This document shows, one piece after another, positions 39,973-52,852 of a stretch of DNA of 64,000 nucleotides; within the stretch, counting starts at the first letter, position 1; each line of letters opens with the position of its first letter. This DNA comes from Alphaproteobacteria bacterium (lineage in GTDB: Bacteria; Pseudomonadota; Alphaproteobacteria; SHVV01): NCBI GenBank assembly GCA_965261735.1, contig OZ253470.1, forward strand, positions 2,176,001 through 2,240,000, read 5' to 3'. A program made the position numbers and the translations under genes. The notes beneath the pieces are model-generated. The model worked only from the letters and a program-made list of their open reading frames with translations, made no database searches and was not told where the DNA came from.

Positions 39973-40443
39973 TTAGTGTCGCTGCCCGGCCGAGGCAAGG
40001 CGCGCGGCGACGCGTTTCTGGGCCGCGCCGCGCTCGCGGTCCGACACGTAAATGAGGCCGCCGATGCGGCGCAACAGGTTGGCCTCGAAAGCATCGACCC
40101 GGCCGTCCGCGTAGACGACCTCCCACAACATCTCCATGAGCTCGATGCGCTCGGCGTGGTCGAAGTTCTCCTTGATGGCGCGGGTGAAGCGGACCAGGTC
40201 GTGGGCATCTCGCTGCACGCGGTGCGCCGCCTCAATGAGGCTCGCGGCCTCGCCGTCAGAGAGCTCGAAGCGGCGCCGAACGATATCGAGGATGGCATCC
40301 TGCTCGGCGGCCTCGAAGCTCTCGTCGATGTAGGCCGCCTCGACGAGCAATGCGGCCGCGGCGAGGTGCTTACCGCTGGGGCCGCCCTCGGCCGCCGCAA
40401 CTTCGGGTTCGACCGCGAACAACGCCTTGATGCGGTTGATCAT
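39973..40443 (-). CDS. TerB family tellurite-resistance-like protein
   Basis: AAALLVEAA..D, LWEVVYADG..FEANLLRRI. Confidence 0.85.
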   Translation of the reverse strand: MINRIKALFAVEPEVAAAEGGPSGKHLAAAALLVEAAYIDESFEAAEQDAILDIVRRRFELSDGEAASLIEAAHRVQRDAHDLVRFTRAIKENFDHAERIELMEMLWEVVYADGRVDAFEANLLRRIGGLIYVSDRERGAAQKRVAARLASAGQRH

Positions 40444-40503
40444 GGCGTTGCCTACCATGGCCCCGACGCAGCCGCAACCGAGGCCGGCGTAAGCGCGGAG
40501 AGG

Positions 40504-40884
40504 TCAGTCCGAGCGGCGCCGGCCGAGGGTTTGGGCTTGCCGTCTCGCCGTAGCTGCGTGGCGCCCACCCCAGGGGCCCGGCGCCGGGGCGGCGGCCGCC
40601 GCGGGCGGGCAACGTTCACCGGGCGGCGTCAGGTCGGCATAGAGGGTACGGGCCTCGCTCGCCGGGCCGCGGCGCGTGGCGAGCGCGACGATTCGCACGA
40701 CGCAAAGGCGCTCCCCCTTCACGAAGGTGAGCACGTCGCCGACCCGCACGAGATGGTGGGCCTTGGCCACGACGTTGCGGTTGAGGCGCAGGCCCCGGCC
40801 GCTACAGGCGCGGCTCGCGAGCGAGCGACTCTTGAAGAAGCGGGCGTGCCATAGCCACTTGTCGAGGCGCGCCGCTTCGCTCAT
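40504..40884 (-). CDS. S4-domain RNA-binding protein (Hsp15-like)
   Basis: RLDKWLWHARFFKSRS, RRGPASEAR.LY. Confidence 0.9.
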   Translation of the reverse strand: MSEAARLDKWLWHARFFKSRSLASRACSGRGLRLNRNVVAKAHHLVRVGDVLTFVKGERLCVVRIVALATRRGPASEARTLYADLTPPGERCPPAAAAAPAPGPWGGRHAATARRQAQTLGRRRSD

Positions 40885-43403
40885 CGGACCTCGCGCGTGG
40901 CCCCGGCCGCGACGATGCGCAGGGACGCGAAGGGCGAGTCTGCGCGGTCGCTCCGGCGCCTCCCCCTGCGGTGCTCGCCGCGCGTGCGGGGCGAGACTTT
41001 CGGCGCGGCGGCGAATCGAATCGATCCAGCATCCTCGAGGGCGCGATATCCCAGCGCCGCCAGGATCGCGGCAAAATCCTCGCTCGGTGCTCCGACCAGC
41101 GAAAGCAGCTCCGGCGTTGCGGCAAAGGGGCCGCGCCGCGCCAGCCGCCGCGCCTCACTGGCGAGCCGCTCGAGCATGTCGACGCGAACCGCGCGCCCGC
41201 CCGCGGGCCGGAACCCGGCGGCTTCGTAGAACCCGTCGGCCACGCCCGCGACGCGCGGCACCGAGACGAGGCCGGCCCGCGGCGGCTCCGACGTCTCGCG
41301 GCCTTGATGGGCGGCCCAGGCGATGCAGGCCGCCTGCCGGCGCTCGGGCTTGAGCATGGCCGGGACGTAAACGCTGACCTCGCCGAAGCGGACGCCGAGG
41401 CGGCGTAGCGCCGCGCGCTCGGGCCCGCCCAAGTCCTTCGCCTGCGCCGCGACCTCGTGGCGCGCCAGGGCGCCGAACGCCTCGCTGAGATGGTAGGCGA
41501 GCCCCTTCGCCGCACCTTCGAGCCGGTTCTCGCGCAGCCGCAACAGGGGTGCGAAGGCGCGCGCCAGGTGGCCGTCGAGCCACTCCTGCAGGCGGCGGCG
41601 CACGCGCTCGCGCAAGCCCGCGTCGACCAGGTCGTTGGGCAGCGGGGCGACGCGCGGCTTGAGGGGATCGCGCCTGCCCATCAGGGTTGCCACCGGCCAG
41701 CCGCGCCAGCACAGCCGGCCCTCGGCCGACAGCGTGAAGGCCTCCGCCCCATCCTCGACCAGGAGCCGGGCATGCCCATTCGCGGCGCCGCCGAGGGCCC
41801 GGTTCGCGGCGCGACGCAAGGTGCCGCCGGCGGGTCCGGCCGCCGTCGGATCGGGAACGAAGCGCAGTCCCTCCAGCCGCCCGACGGTCACGCCGGCGAC
41901 CACCACCTCACCGTCGTCGGCGACCACCGCGTCGGGTCCCGACTTGTCTTCGAGGCGGCGCGCCAGCACGGCTGTCCGGCGGTCGAAGAAACGCTGTGTC
42001 AGGCGCTGGTGGAGCGCGTCCGAGAGCTTGTCCTCGATGGCCCGGGCCCGTTCCTGCCAGTGGCGCGCGTTGGCGACCCACTCGGCGCAGTGCGATACGT
42101 AGGTCCAGGTCCGAACGTGGGCGATGCGGGCGGCGAGCGAATCGATGTCGCCGTCGGTGCGGTCGAGGCGGGCGAGGTGAGCCGCGACCCAGTCAGTCGG
42201 CAGGACGCCTTCGGGCGCCATCAGATGGCGGTAGATCTGGCCGAGCAGGCGGGCATGGGCCTCGGCCATGGTCTTGCGGAAATCGGGAACGCGGCACACC
42301 TCCCATAGCAGGCGCACGGCGGCCGGGGAGCGTGCCAGGCCGGCGATGTCGGCCTCGTTGCTGAGCGCCTGCAGCGCCGCCTGGTCGTCGGCGGCGCGCG
42401 GCCGTACGAGATGGCGCGCGGGCGGCGGCGCATCGAGGCTGCGAAACAGGCGCGGCAGGGAGCGGAAGTCGAGGTCGGCGTTGCGCCAGTAGAGCGACTT
42501 GAGATTCTCGAACTCGTGCGACTCGACGCAGGCGACGATGGCCTCGTCGAGCGGCCCGGCGTCGGAGGTCGTGCCGAAGGTGCCGTCGCTCATGTGGCGC
42601 CCGGCGCGGCCCGCAATCTGTGCGATCTCGGCCGCCCCGAGGCGGCGCATGGCGCGACCGTCGTACTTGCGCAGGCTGGCGAAGGCGACGTGATCGATCG
42701 CCATGTTGAGCCCCATGCCGATGGCATCGGTGGCCACGAGGTAGTCGACCTCGCCGGACTCGAACAGCGCCACCTGGGCGTTGCGCGTGCGCGGGCTGAG
42801 CGCGCCGAGCACGACGGCGGCACCCCCGCGCTGACGGCGCACCTGCTCGGCGATGGCGTAGACCTCGGCCGCGGAGAAGGTGACGATGGCGCTGTGCGGC
42901 CCGAGGCGGCTGAGCTTGCGGCTTCCCGCATGGCTGAGCCGCGAGAAGCGCGGCCGGCTGATGAATTCGGCCTCGGGCACGAGGCGGCGGATGAGGCTGC
43001 GGATGGTGGCGGCGCCGAGGAACATCGTCTCCTGGGTGCCGCGCGCGCGCAGCAGCCGGTCGGTGAAGACGTGGCCGCGCTCGGGGTCGGCGGCGAGCTG
43101 GATTTCGTCGACGGCGACGAACGCGGCGCTGTGGTCGAGCGGCATCGATTCCACCGTGCACACGAAATAGGACGGGTGCGCGGGGACGATTTTTTCCTCG
43201 CCCGTGATGAGCGCGACCTGGCCCGGGCTCTTCAGCGCCACGACGCGGTCATAGACCTCGCGCGCGAGCAGCCGCAGCGGCAGCCCGATGACACCGCTGC
43301 GGTGCGCGAGCATGCGCTCGACCGCGAGGTGGGTCTTGCCAGTGTTGGTCGGCCCGAGGACCGCGGTGATCCGGGCCCCAAGGGGCCGGTTGCGCTGCGC
43401 CAT
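40881..43403 (-). CDS. Suv3/MgpS-like SF2 helicase
   Basis: GPTNTGKT, DEIQ, ATDAIGMGLN, QIAGRAGR. Confidence 0.92.
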   Translation of the reverse strand: MAQRNRPLGARITAVLGPTNTGKTHLAVERMLAHRSGVIGLPLRLLAREVYDRVVALKSPGQVALITGEEKIVPAHPSYFVCTVESMPLDHSAAFVAVDEIQLAADPERGHVFTDRLLRARGTQETMFLGAATIRSLIRRLVPEAEFISRPRFSRLSHAGSRKLSRLGPHSAIVTFSAAEVYAIAEQVRRQRGGAAVVLGALSPRTRNAQVALFESGEVDYLVATDAIGMGLNMAIDHVAFASLRKYDGRAMRRLGAAEIAQIAGRAGRHMSDGTFGTTSDAGPLDEAIVACVESHEFENLKSLYWRNADLDFRSLPRLFRSLDAPPPARHLVRPRAADDQAALQALSNEADIAGLARSPAAVRLLWEVCRVPDFRKTMAEAHARLLGQIYRHLMAPEGVLPTDWVAAHLARLDRTDGDIDSLAARIAHVRTWTYVSHCAEWVANARHWQERARAIEDKLSDALHQRLTQRFFDRRTAVLARRLEDKSGPDAVVADDGEVVVAGVTVGRLEGLRFVPDPTAAGPAGGTLRRAANRALGGAANGHARLLVEDGAEAFTLSAEGRLCWRGWPVATLMGRRDPLKPRVAPLPNDLVDAGLRERVRRRLQEWLDGHLARAFAPLLRLRENRLEGAAKGLAYHLSEAFGALARHEVAAQAKDLGGPERAALRRLGVRFGEVSVYVPAMLKPERRQAACIAWAAHQGRETSEPPRAGLVSVPRVAGVADGFYEAAGFRPAGGRAVRVDMLERLASEARRLARRGPFAATPELLSLVGAPSEDFAAILAALGYRALEDAGSIRFAAAPKVSPRTRGEHRRGRRRSDRADSPFASLRIVAAGATREVR

Positions 43404-43473
43404 GCCAGCGCCAACAATCAGGGCTTACCCGGTGCTTGGCAAGCGAATGTTGGCAATGGGGCGACAACGCCGC

Positions 43474-43860
43474 CTACGGCGCCTCGACGTTGGTTTCGAT
43501 CCAACGCGCCAATTCCGCCTCCTCGATCTGGCCGCCTGCGAGATCGCGCATGACCGCCACCGCCTCGACCTCGGGGGCGATGATCTCGTAGCCGTTCAGT
43601 TGCAGGAAAACGTCGGCGGCGGCGAGACCGATGCGTTTGTTGCCGTCGACGAAGGGGTGGTTGCGGACGAGCCCGTAGGCGTACGCCGCCGCGAGCTGGA
43701 CCAGGCTTGGGTCGCCATAGGCGAGCAGGTTTTGGGGTCTCGCCAGCGCCGAAGCGAGCAGGCCAGCATCGCGCACCCCGCCAAGTCCGCCATACGTCAC
43801 GATGAGCTCGTCTTGGAGCGCGCGGACGGTGTCCTCGGTGAGCCAGACCGGGTCGCTCAC
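43474..43860 (-). CDS. doc: Doc family (Fic) toxin
   Basis: HPFVDGNKR motif; GGVRDAGLLASALARP. Confidence 0.93.
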   Translation of the reverse strand: MSDPVWLTEDTVRALQDELIVTYGGLGGVRDAGLLASALARPQNLLAYGDPSLVQLAAAYAYGLVRNHPFVDGNKRIGLAAADVFLQLNGYEIIAPEVEAVAVMRDLAGGQIEEAELARWIETNVEAP

Positions 43861-44087
43861 TTGGCCAATTCGCGGAACGCGTTGCGGTATTTCTTGGTGG
43901 TTCTTTCAAAGGCCCTCATCGCTTTGACGAAGGTCTCGTCGTAGGGGGTCACGCGAAATCCGTCGGGCGCGCTGGTGAGGACGAACAGATCGCCCTCGCC
44001 GACCTTGAGTTCCTTGAGGGCATCTCTGGGCAGCGTCACGCCGAGCGAGTTGCCGATGCGGCGAACCTTGAGGGTATAGCTGGACAT
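43857..44087 (-). CDS. AbrB/MazE-type antitoxin
   Basis: KVRRIGNSLGVTLP; ATGA overlap with doc. Confidence 0.92.
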   Translation of the reverse strand: MSSYTLKVRRIGNSLGVTLPRDALKELKVGEGDLFVLTSAPDGFRVTPYDETFVKAMRAFERTTKKYRNAFRELAK

Positions 44088-44116
44088 GGCCGGTCTCCGG
44101 TGGTGAGAGTACGAAC

Positions 44117-44124
44117 GTTATAAC
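44117..44124. promoter_or_regulatory. Palindromic operator for TA autoregulation (putative)
   Basis: GTTATAAC in an AT-rich patch ~30 bp upstream of the antitoxin start. Confidence 0.45.
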
Positions 44125-44143
44125 AATGATTTGGTGTCACCGA

Positions 44144-44171
44144 TAGGGTCGGGTTTGAAGCCCGACCCTAC
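44144..44171 (-). repeat. GTAG-type REP hairpin
   Basis: Minus strand GTAGGGTCGGGCTTCAAACCCGACCCTA, near-perfect stem starting with GTAG. Confidence 0.6.
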
Positions 44172-44270
44172 GAACGGCATCCGGGGTCTGCGGCCGGCGG
44201 CCGGGCCGCGTTGACAGGCTCGGACCCACTTTCCATACTTCGTTGCTTACGTAGGGACAAAGGAGCAGTC

Positions 44271-46478
<2,208 letters not shown>

Positions 46479-46496
46479 CGCAAACCGCTGGTCTGT

Positions 46497-46880
46497 CTAA
46501 GCGGCCGCGGGCGGTGCGCCGCCTTCGTCGGGGGCCGCATCGGTTCCGCTCTTGCGCCGGCGCGGGCGCGACCGCTTCGCGCTCTTGGTGGCCGCGGGCG
46601 TCGATTCCGCGCTCGGCCAGGGGCCGAACGGGTAGGGCATGTCCTCGCTGGCGAAGGTCAGGAACACGATGATCTCGCGGACGTAGCTGGCGAGGCTGTG
46701 GCCGAGCTCGCCGAGCCTGTCGAGCGCATGGCCCGTCAGCAGCTTGAACAAGAACTGCACGACGACGATGACCCCGATCACGAACTCGGCGATGTTGAAC
46801 ACCACCACGAACAGGATCATGTAAAGGAGCCGCAACCACGTACTCCGGTCGGCCAGGTTTTCCCGCGTGTCGCCGCTCAT
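46497..46880 (-). CDS. DUF4389 membrane protein
   Basis: WLRLLYMILF..QF..LTFASEDMPYPF. Confidence 0.82.
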   Translation of the reverse strand: MSGDTRENLADRSTWLRLLYMILFVVVFNIAEFVIGVIVVVQFLFKLLTGHALDRLGELGHSLASYVREIIVFLTFASEDMPYPFGPWPSAESTPAATKSAKRSRPRRRKSGTDAAPDEGGAPPAAA

Positions 46881-46978
46881 GATCGCCGTTCCCCCGTCGC
46901 TTTCGCGCCTTCCCTCATTAAGTGGTCATTTTGGTACGCACCGCAAGCCGGCACGCCCCGGCGGGTGCTTCCGCCGCG

Positions 46979-47659
46979 CTACTCGCTGAGTCGCGAGATG
47001 GTCTTGGGATCGCGCAACTCCCGGAGCGCATCGCGCGCGATCCAACGGGCGGCCGCGGGCTCGCGCGCCGCAATCCGCTCCGCCGCCTCGATGGCAGCAA
47101 GACGGAGGGCCCCGTTGCGCTTGCCGATCTGGCGCAGCGCCCAGTTGACCGATTTCTTGACGAAATTGCGCCCGTCCTCGGCGCCGTTCTCGATGAGCGC
47201 CAGGTAGGCGAGGAAGCGGGCGTCGGGCGCCTCCTTGTCGTGCACCGCGAGGACCGCGATCAGGCTATACCCGGCGCGCTTGACGAACTCGCGCGCATCG
47301 CCCGCCCAGGCGCGTGCGGCCTCGTGCGCCAAGGGCGATCGCCGGAAAAGGTTGGTACAGCACTGGTCGCACACGTCCCACGAATCGAAGTCCGCGACCC
47401 ACCTGTCCATCTCATCGCGGGTGAGCTTCGCCGGCTCGGCGATCATCGAGGCCAGCAGGTAGCCCTCGTGGATGCCGGTGGCCCAGAGCTTGTGCGCAAG
47501 TTCGTGGTCGCGGCCCAATCGCCTGGCGAGGGCGCGCAGGACCGGAATCTTGACGCCATAGGCGTGCGCCACATTGATGCCGAAGCGCCCCATTCCGGCG
47601 AGGTCTTCCGGTTTTGCCTTGTTGGCGTCGAACTCGGCAATGATGTCGGCGATGTCCAT
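46979..47659 (-). CDS. DNA alkylation repair protein (AlkD-like HEAT)
   Basis: GMGRFGI, YGVKIPVLR, FDSWDVCD, VNWALRQIGKRN. Confidence 0.88.
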   Translation of the reverse strand: MDIADIIAEFDANKAKPEDLAGMGRFGINVAHAYGVKIPVLRALARRLGRDHELAHKLWATGIHEGYLLASMIAEPAKLTRDEMDRWVADFDSWDVCDQCCTNLFRRSPLAHEAARAWAGDAREFVKRAGYSLIAVLAVHDKEAPDARFLAYLALIENGAEDGRNFVKKSVNWALRQIGKRNGALRLAAIEAAERIAAREPAAARWIARDALRELRDPKTISRLSE

Positions 47660-47762
47660 CGCAGGCTTGGCGCCGTTGTCCCTTCGGCGTGGCGGCCTCG
47701 AGCGAGAGCCGGTACACTCGGCTGGCCTGTGCTTGGCGCCGGCGACAGCGAGAATAGCGCGA

Positions 47763-48107
47763 ATGGCGAAGGGCTTCCTGCGTAGTCTTTTGAGCCCAGG
47801 GAAGGACGCGAAGGCGGCCCCGAAACCGGCGTCGCGGGCCGATCCCGCTGCGGCCGGCGTGGCGCCGGCAGAGGCGCCGCCCGCGGCTCCGGCGAGCGAA
47901 GCGCCTGAAGTGCAAGCGACGCCGCCGGAGCCCGCCCCGGCGCAGGGCATATGGCCCATGACGCCCGAGCGCCGCAAGCTGTTCGACGAGCTGATGAGCC
48001 AACGCGCCAAGATCCTCGCCAACATCCCGAAGAGCAGCCGGCGCCGGCTGACCGCGCTCGTCGAGGCGCAATTGGGGATCCGTACCCAGGACCGCGATGG
48101 CGACTAG
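47763..48107 (+). CDS. Hypothetical protein, Pro/Ala-rich
   Basis: ORF overlapping the meaB start; helical C-terminus [13 protein letters not shown]. Confidence 0.6.
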   Translation: MAKGFLRSLLSPGKDAKAAPKPASRADPAAAGVAPAEAPPAAPASEAPEVQATPPEPAPAQGIWPMTPERRKLFDELMSQRAKILANIPKSSRRRLTALVEAQLGIRTQDRDGD

Positions 48108-49131
48108 CGCGGCGCGCGTCGCCCGACCGGCCACCGCCAAGGGCGATACCGCGGCGCTCGCGCGCGATGTCGTCGCCGGCGATCGGCGCGCGCTGGCACG
48201 CGCAATCACGCTCGTCGAATCGGCTCGTGCCCAGGACCACGAGCGCCGCGCCGCCCTGCTCGCGCGCCTACTGCCCGATAGCGGCGGCGCCGTTCGCTTG
48301 GGCATCAGCGGCCCGCCGGGCGCTGGCAAGTCGACCTTCATCGAGGCGCTCGGCATGCACCTGATCGATTCCGGCCGGCGCGTCGCCGTGCTCGCCGTCG
48401 ATCCGTCGTCGCGCCGCTCGGGCGGCTCGATCCTGGGCGACAAGACGCGCATGACGGAGCTCGCGCGTCACGCCCACGCGTTCGTGCGCCCCTCGCCCTC
48501 GGGCGGCGCGCTCGGCGGCGTCGCCCGGCGCACGCGCGAGGCCCTGCTCCTGTGCGAGGCCGCCGGCTTCGACGTCGTCATCGTCGAGACGGTCGGGGTC
48601 GGCCAGTCGGAGACCGCGGTTGCCGACATGACCGATCTGTTCCTGCTGCTGCTCGCGCCGGGCGGGGGCGACGAGCTGCAGGGCCTGAAGCGCGGCATCA
48701 TCGAGCGCGCCGAGCTGATCGTCGTTAACAAGACCGACGGCGACCTCCTCGGTGCGGCGCGTCACGTCGCCGCCGGCTATCAGGCCGCTCTCACGCTGCT
48801 CCGGCCGCCCTCGCCCCACTGGACACCCAAGGTGCTGCTGTGCTCGGCCCTGACCGGGGACGGCCTCGCCGAGACCTGGGCGGCGGTGAGCGAGCACGCG
48901 TCCGCGCTCGGCGAGAGCGGCGAGATGGCGGCGCGGCGCGCGGAGCAGGCGGCGAGCTGGATGTGGAGCGAGGTCACCGACACCCTGATCGAGCAGCTGC
49001 GCCACGATACGCGCACGCGCGCGCTCGTCCCCGACCTCGAGCGCAAGGTGCGGGCCGGTGCGATGACCCCAGGCGCGGCCGCGGAGGCGCTGGTCGATAG
49101 CTTTCGCCGGCAGGACGAGCCTGGCGCTTGA
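48097..49131 (+). CDS. meaB: Methylmalonyl-CoA mutase-associated GTPase MeaB
   Basis: [33 protein letters not shown]. Confidence 0.95.
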   Translation: MATSAARVARPATAKGDTAALARDVVAGDRRALARAITLVESARAQDHERRAALLARLLPDSGGAVRLGISGPPGAGKSTFIEALGMHLIDSGRRVAVLAVDPSSRRSGGSILGDKTRMTELARHAHAFVRPSPSGGALGGVARRTREALLLCEAAGFDVVIVETVGVGQSETAVADMTDLFLLLLAPGGGDELQGLKRGIIERAELIVVNKTDGDLLGAARHVAAGYQAALTLLRPPSPHWTPKVLLCSALTGDGLAETWAAVSEHASALGESGEMAARRAEQAASWMWSEVTDTLIEQLRHDTRTRALVPDLERKVRAGAMTPGAAAEALVDSFRRQDEPGA

Positions 49132-49207
49132 CGCCCGGCCGGGGCTCACCTAAAAGACGCGCGGCCGGCCGGGCCACCGGCGGCGCAGGTTAGAGAGGCG
49201 GATAAGC

Positions 49208-49504
49208 ATGGCGCGACGCTGCGAGCTCACCGGCAAGGGCGTGCTGGCCGGCAACAATGTGAGCCATGCCCACAACAAGTCGCGCCGGCGCTTTCTCCCC
49301 AACCTGCAGGATGTGACGCTGCTGAGCGACGTGCTCGACCGCCGCGTCAGCCTGCGCGTCTCGGCCGCCGGCCTGCGCGCGGTCGAGCATGCGGGCGGGC
49401 TCGACAAGTTCCTCATCAAGAGGAGCGAGGCCGACCTGTCGCTGCGGGTGCGCCGCCTCAAGCGCGAGATCGGCAAGGCCACGGCGGCGCAGCCGCAGGC
49501 CTAG
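49208..49504 (+). CDS. rpmB: 50S ribosomal protein L28
   Basis: [28 protein letters not shown]. Confidence 0.97.
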   Translation: MARRCELTGKGVLAGNNVSHAHNKSRRRFLPNLQDVTLLSDVLDRRVSLRVSAAGLRAVEHAGGLDKFLIKRSEADLSLRVRRLKREIGKATAAQPQA

Positions 49505-49514
49505 GACTCAGACC

Positions 49515-50240
49515 CTAATCCGAGAGCGAGAGCGGGTTGAAGCGGGTTTCGGTGTCGTAGACGTCGAGGCCCTCGCGGCGCTTGAGAAAATTGACCACGC
49601 CGTAGGTCAGCGGTGTCGCTACCGCCTCGTAAGCCGACTTGGCGAGCCACTGTGTGATGATCGCCGTCGCCAGCGCGCCGGGCGGGATAATCCCGGCGAA
49701 GGCCACGGTGATGAAGATCGCTGAATCGAGCCCCTGGCCGACCAGCGTCGAGCCGATGGTGCGAGCCCACAGCCAGCGCCCCCCGGTGGCGATCTTCATC
49801 TTGGCGAGCACGATGGCGTTGGCGAATTCGCCGACCAGGTAGGCGAGGAACGAGGCCAGCAGGATGCGCGGCACGGCGCCGAGGATCTGCTCGTAGGCCT
49901 CCTGGGCGTGCCAGAACGGCGCCGCCGGCAACAAGCCGCCGATCCAAATGGCGGCGACCACGACGAGGTTGGCGAGAAAGCCGAACCAGATCACGCGTCG
50001 CGCCCGGCGGTAGCCGTAGACCTCGGTGAATACGTCGCCGAGGATGTAGCTGATGGGGAAGATGACGATCGCCGCCGGCACGATGAGCCCGGCCACGGCG
50101 ACGAGCTTGACCGCGGTGATGTTGGCCGCGATCAGCGCGGCGATAAAGATTGCGACGAGGAGGAGAAACCACGGCGAGGCGCCGTCCGACGCATCGGCCG
50201 CCGCCGGGCGCCCCTCCTTGCCGCTGTCAGCCCGGGTCAT
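49515..50240 (-). CDS. Queuosine precursor transporter (YhhQ/VUT family)
   Basis: [34 protein letters not shown]; divergent from queF. Confidence 0.88.
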   Translation of the reverse strand: MTRADSGKEGRPAAADASDGASPWFLLLVAIFIAALIAANITAVKLVAVAGLIVPAAIVIFPISYILGDVFTEVYGYRRARRVIWFGFLANLVVVAAIWIGGLLPAAPFWHAQEAYEQILGAVPRILLASFLAYLVGEFANAIVLAKMKIATGGRWLWARTIGSTLVGQGLDSAIFITVAFAGIIPPGALATAIITQWLAKSAYEAVATPLTYGVVNFLKRREGLDVYDTETRFNPLSLSD

Positions 50241-50293
50241 CGGTGTACTATAGCGGCCTTCGCGGGCATCGCGGCAGCGACGAGGAGGAGCGG

Positions 50294-50746
50294 GTGTCAG
50301 ACGGCGAACCGGTGCTCGGGCGCAAAGCGGCGCTGCCGGACTCACCCGAGGCGGCGGTGTTGGACAAGGTCGCCAACCCGCATCGGGGCACGCCTTACGC
50401 GGTGCGCTTCACGGCTCCTGAGTTCACGACGCTGTGCCCGATTACCGGCCAGCCCGACTTCGCGCATCTCGTGATCGACTACGTGCCCGATGCCCACCTC
50501 ATCGAGAGCAAGTCGCTCAAGCTCTATCTCGGGTCCTTCCGCAACTACGGCCATTTCCACGAAGCCTGCACGGTGGGCATCGCGCGGCGCTTGGTGGACG
50601 AGCTCGCGCCGCACTGGCTGCGCATCGGCGGCTACTGGTACCCGCGCGGCGGCATGCCGATCGACATCTTCTACCAGACGGGCGCGCCGCCCCCGGACCT
50701 GTGGATCCCCGACCCCGGCGTCGCCCCCTACCGCGGCCGCGGTTAG
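50294..50746 (+). CDS. queF: preQ1 synthase (7-cyano-7-deazaguanine reductase)
   Basis: [32 protein letters not shown]. Confidence 0.96.
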   Translation: MSDGEPVLGRKAALPDSPEAAVLDKVANPHRGTPYAVRFTAPEFTTLCPITGQPDFAHLVIDYVPDAHLIESKSLKLYLGSFRNYGHFHEACTVGIARRLVDELAPHWLRIGGYWYPRGGMPIDIFYQTGAPPPDLWIPDPGVAPYRGRG

Positions 50747-51253
50747 GTCGAGCAGCGTAGTTCGCCGGTGTCCGAGCGTTGTTGATTCAGTTCGTACCGC
50801 CCCAGAGATTCAGGTCGGTACGAGCAAGTGAGAAGGAAACCTCGGAAGATGAGCGGCTCCAGTTTTGCATCGGTATCAACCTCAGCGTCGGCAGGCCACA
50901 ACGACGCTTGCGCAAGCGGGCCCCGCCTCGCGCTGGGCTTGTCCCTCAGAAAACATTCGCACTGTAAAGTTTCCCAACAGTTCTTGCGGGCGCCCCTCCA
51001 GCGTTAAGTGTTTAAATGATCTCAACGGGTTACGCTTGAACTTTCGCTGGCTCAGCGGCCGGCGGACTGTCAGGATTCCTGACACTCGCCTGTCCATGGC
51101 GCCCCCCCCCATGAATCGTTAACCTATTGAAATACTTCATGGTTTCCTGGAGGTCCCAAACTTGCGTGACAAGTGGCGGCGTCAACCCGGGGTGTGTCGC
51201 GACGTGAAACGCTGGATTTGCTCGGCATGGACTAGCCAGTGTCGGTTGCCATT

Positions 51254-51403
51254 ATGAATCAATTACTTAAGCAGGCCTTACTCGTCGGCGCGCTCGGCGT
51301 GCTGGTCGTTTCGCCCGCGAAAGCGATACCAATAACCACGCCGACGGACCTTAGCTTCGGTGATCAATATCGGCTGGCCTTCGTAACGACCGACACCCGA
51401 AAC
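51254..51403 (+). pseudogene. 5' fragment of a secreted (PEP-CTERM-type) protein truncated by IS256
   Basis: Signal peptide then PTDLSFGDQYRLAFVT; family assignment from recalled motif only. Confidence 0.55.
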
Positions 51404-52852
51404 GGTCGTGTCCCAGGACGTGGTGTAGGAGTTGTTGGAGCCTCTGGTAGCTGTGGATAGGCGGCTTGCCGTAGCGACCGCCGAGAGTCTGGCGTAGGCA
51501 AGCCGGCTATCCACAGCGGAGGCCATCGCGGTTCCGGTTTAGGGTTGGGCTAGTGCAAACCAACCTGACCCGAAGGAGAACCACGATTACCCAGGACATG
51601 ATGACCCTGCGCGCGCTTTTGGAGAAGAGCTCCGATGCCGATCTGCTTCGCGAGATGATCGGCTTCACGGCCGAGCGGCTGATGGCACTGGAGGTTGAGG
51701 GCCTGACCGGCGCCGGGCACGGCGAGCGCTCGGCGGATCGTATCACCCATCGCAACGGCTACCGCGACCGGTCCTGGGAGACGCGGGCCGGCACGGTCGA
51801 GCTGAAGATCCCGAAGCTGAGGAAGGGAAGCTACTTCCCGGGCTTCCTGGAGCCGCGGCGGATGGCCGAGAAGGCGCTGGCTGCGGTGATCCAGGAGGCC
51901 TACATCCAGGGGGTGTCGACCCGCTCGGTCGACGATCTGGTTCAGGCGATGGGGATGTCGGGCGCCTCCAAGAGCCAGGTCTCCAGGCTGTGCGGCGAGA
52001 TCGACGATAAGGTCACCGGCTTCCTCGATCGACCGCTGGAGGGCGACTGGCCCTATCTGTGGCTCGACGCCACCTACGTGAAGGTGCGCCAGACCGGACG
52101 CATCGTCTCGGTCGCGGTGACCGTGGCTGTGGCCGTCAACGACCAAGGCCGCCGCGAGGTCCTGGGCGTGGCGATCGGCGCGTCGGAGGCCGAGACCTTC
52201 TGGACCGAGTTCCTGCGCTCGCTGGCCCGGCGCGGGCTGCGCGGCGTGAAGCTGGTGATCTCCGACGACCACAAGGGCCTGAAGGCCGCCGCGACCCGGA
52301 TCCTCGGCGCCACATGGCAGCGCTGCCGCGTGCACTTCGCCCGCAACCTGCTGGCCCATGCCGGCCGCCAGGGCCGGCGCGTCGTCTCCGCCTTCGTCGC
52401 CACCGCCTTCGCCCAGGAGGACGCCGACAGCGCGAAGGTCCAGTGGCGCCAGGTCGCCGACCAGCTCAGGCCCAAGGTGCCCAAGCTGGCAGTTCTCATG
52501 GACGAAGCCGAGCACGACGTCCTCGCCTACATGAGCTTCCCCAGGGAGCACCGCCAGAAATTGCACTCCACAAACCCGATCGAACGGCTCCATGCCGAGG
52601 TCAAGCGTCGCACCAACGTCGTCGGTATCTTTCCCAACGAAGCCGCCATCACACGGCTCGTCGGCGCCATCCTTCTCGAGCAGAACGACGAGTGGGCCGT
52701 CTCAAGGAGATACATGACGCTGGAATCCATCGCTCCGCTGAGCGATGGTGTCCCCATCACGCTGCCCACCGTGGCAGCCTGAACGTCCCGGCCCTACCCG
52801 CCGGGAGCCGCGTAGAGCGCAACGCTCTTACACCACTCCGCGGGACACGATC
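51404..52852 (+). mobile_element. Second, distinct IS256-family element without TSD
   Basis: TIRs G(G/A)TCGTGTCCC...GTGGTGTA; flanks CCCGAAAC vs TTCCGACC differ. Confidence 0.9.
51598..52782 (+). CDS. IS256 transposase
   Basis: [42 protein letters not shown]; start uncertain (ATT follows the AAGGAG SD). Confidence 0.93.
   Translation: MMTLRALLEKSSDADLLREMIGFTAERLMALEVEGLTGAGHGERSADRITHRNGYRDRSWETRAGTVELKIPKLRKGSYFPGFLEPRRMAEKALAAVIQEAYIQGVSTRSVDDLVQAMGMSGASKSQVSRLCGEIDDKVTGFLDRPLEGDWPYLWLDATYVKVRQTGRIVSVAVTVAVAVNDQGRREVLGVAIGASEAETFWTEFLRSLARRGLRGVKLVISDDHKGLKAAATRILGATWQRCRVHFARNLLAHAGRQGRRVVSAFVATAFAQEDADSAKVQWRQVADQLRPKVPKLAVLMDEAEHDVLAYMSFPREHRQKLHSTNPIERLHAEVKRRTNVVGIFPNEAAITRLVGAILLEQNDEWAVSRRYMTLESIAPLSDGVPITLPTVAA

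Noticed and set aside
39268-40854. Long antisense/alternate-frame ORFs (also 10068-11630, 14721-16106, 44622-46271, 60680-62872)
   Set aside because: Stop-poor shadow frames of high-GC genes with no recognisable motifs; only the tail of 60680-62872 is real (Crp HTH)
49515-50746. queF plus transporter as a 7-deazaguanine DNA-modification system
   Set aside because: No dpd genes; consistent with ordinary queuosine precursor salvage
51095-51112. TGGCGCCCCC as a tRNA 3' att remnant
   Set aside because: Match too short and no T-arm sequence follows
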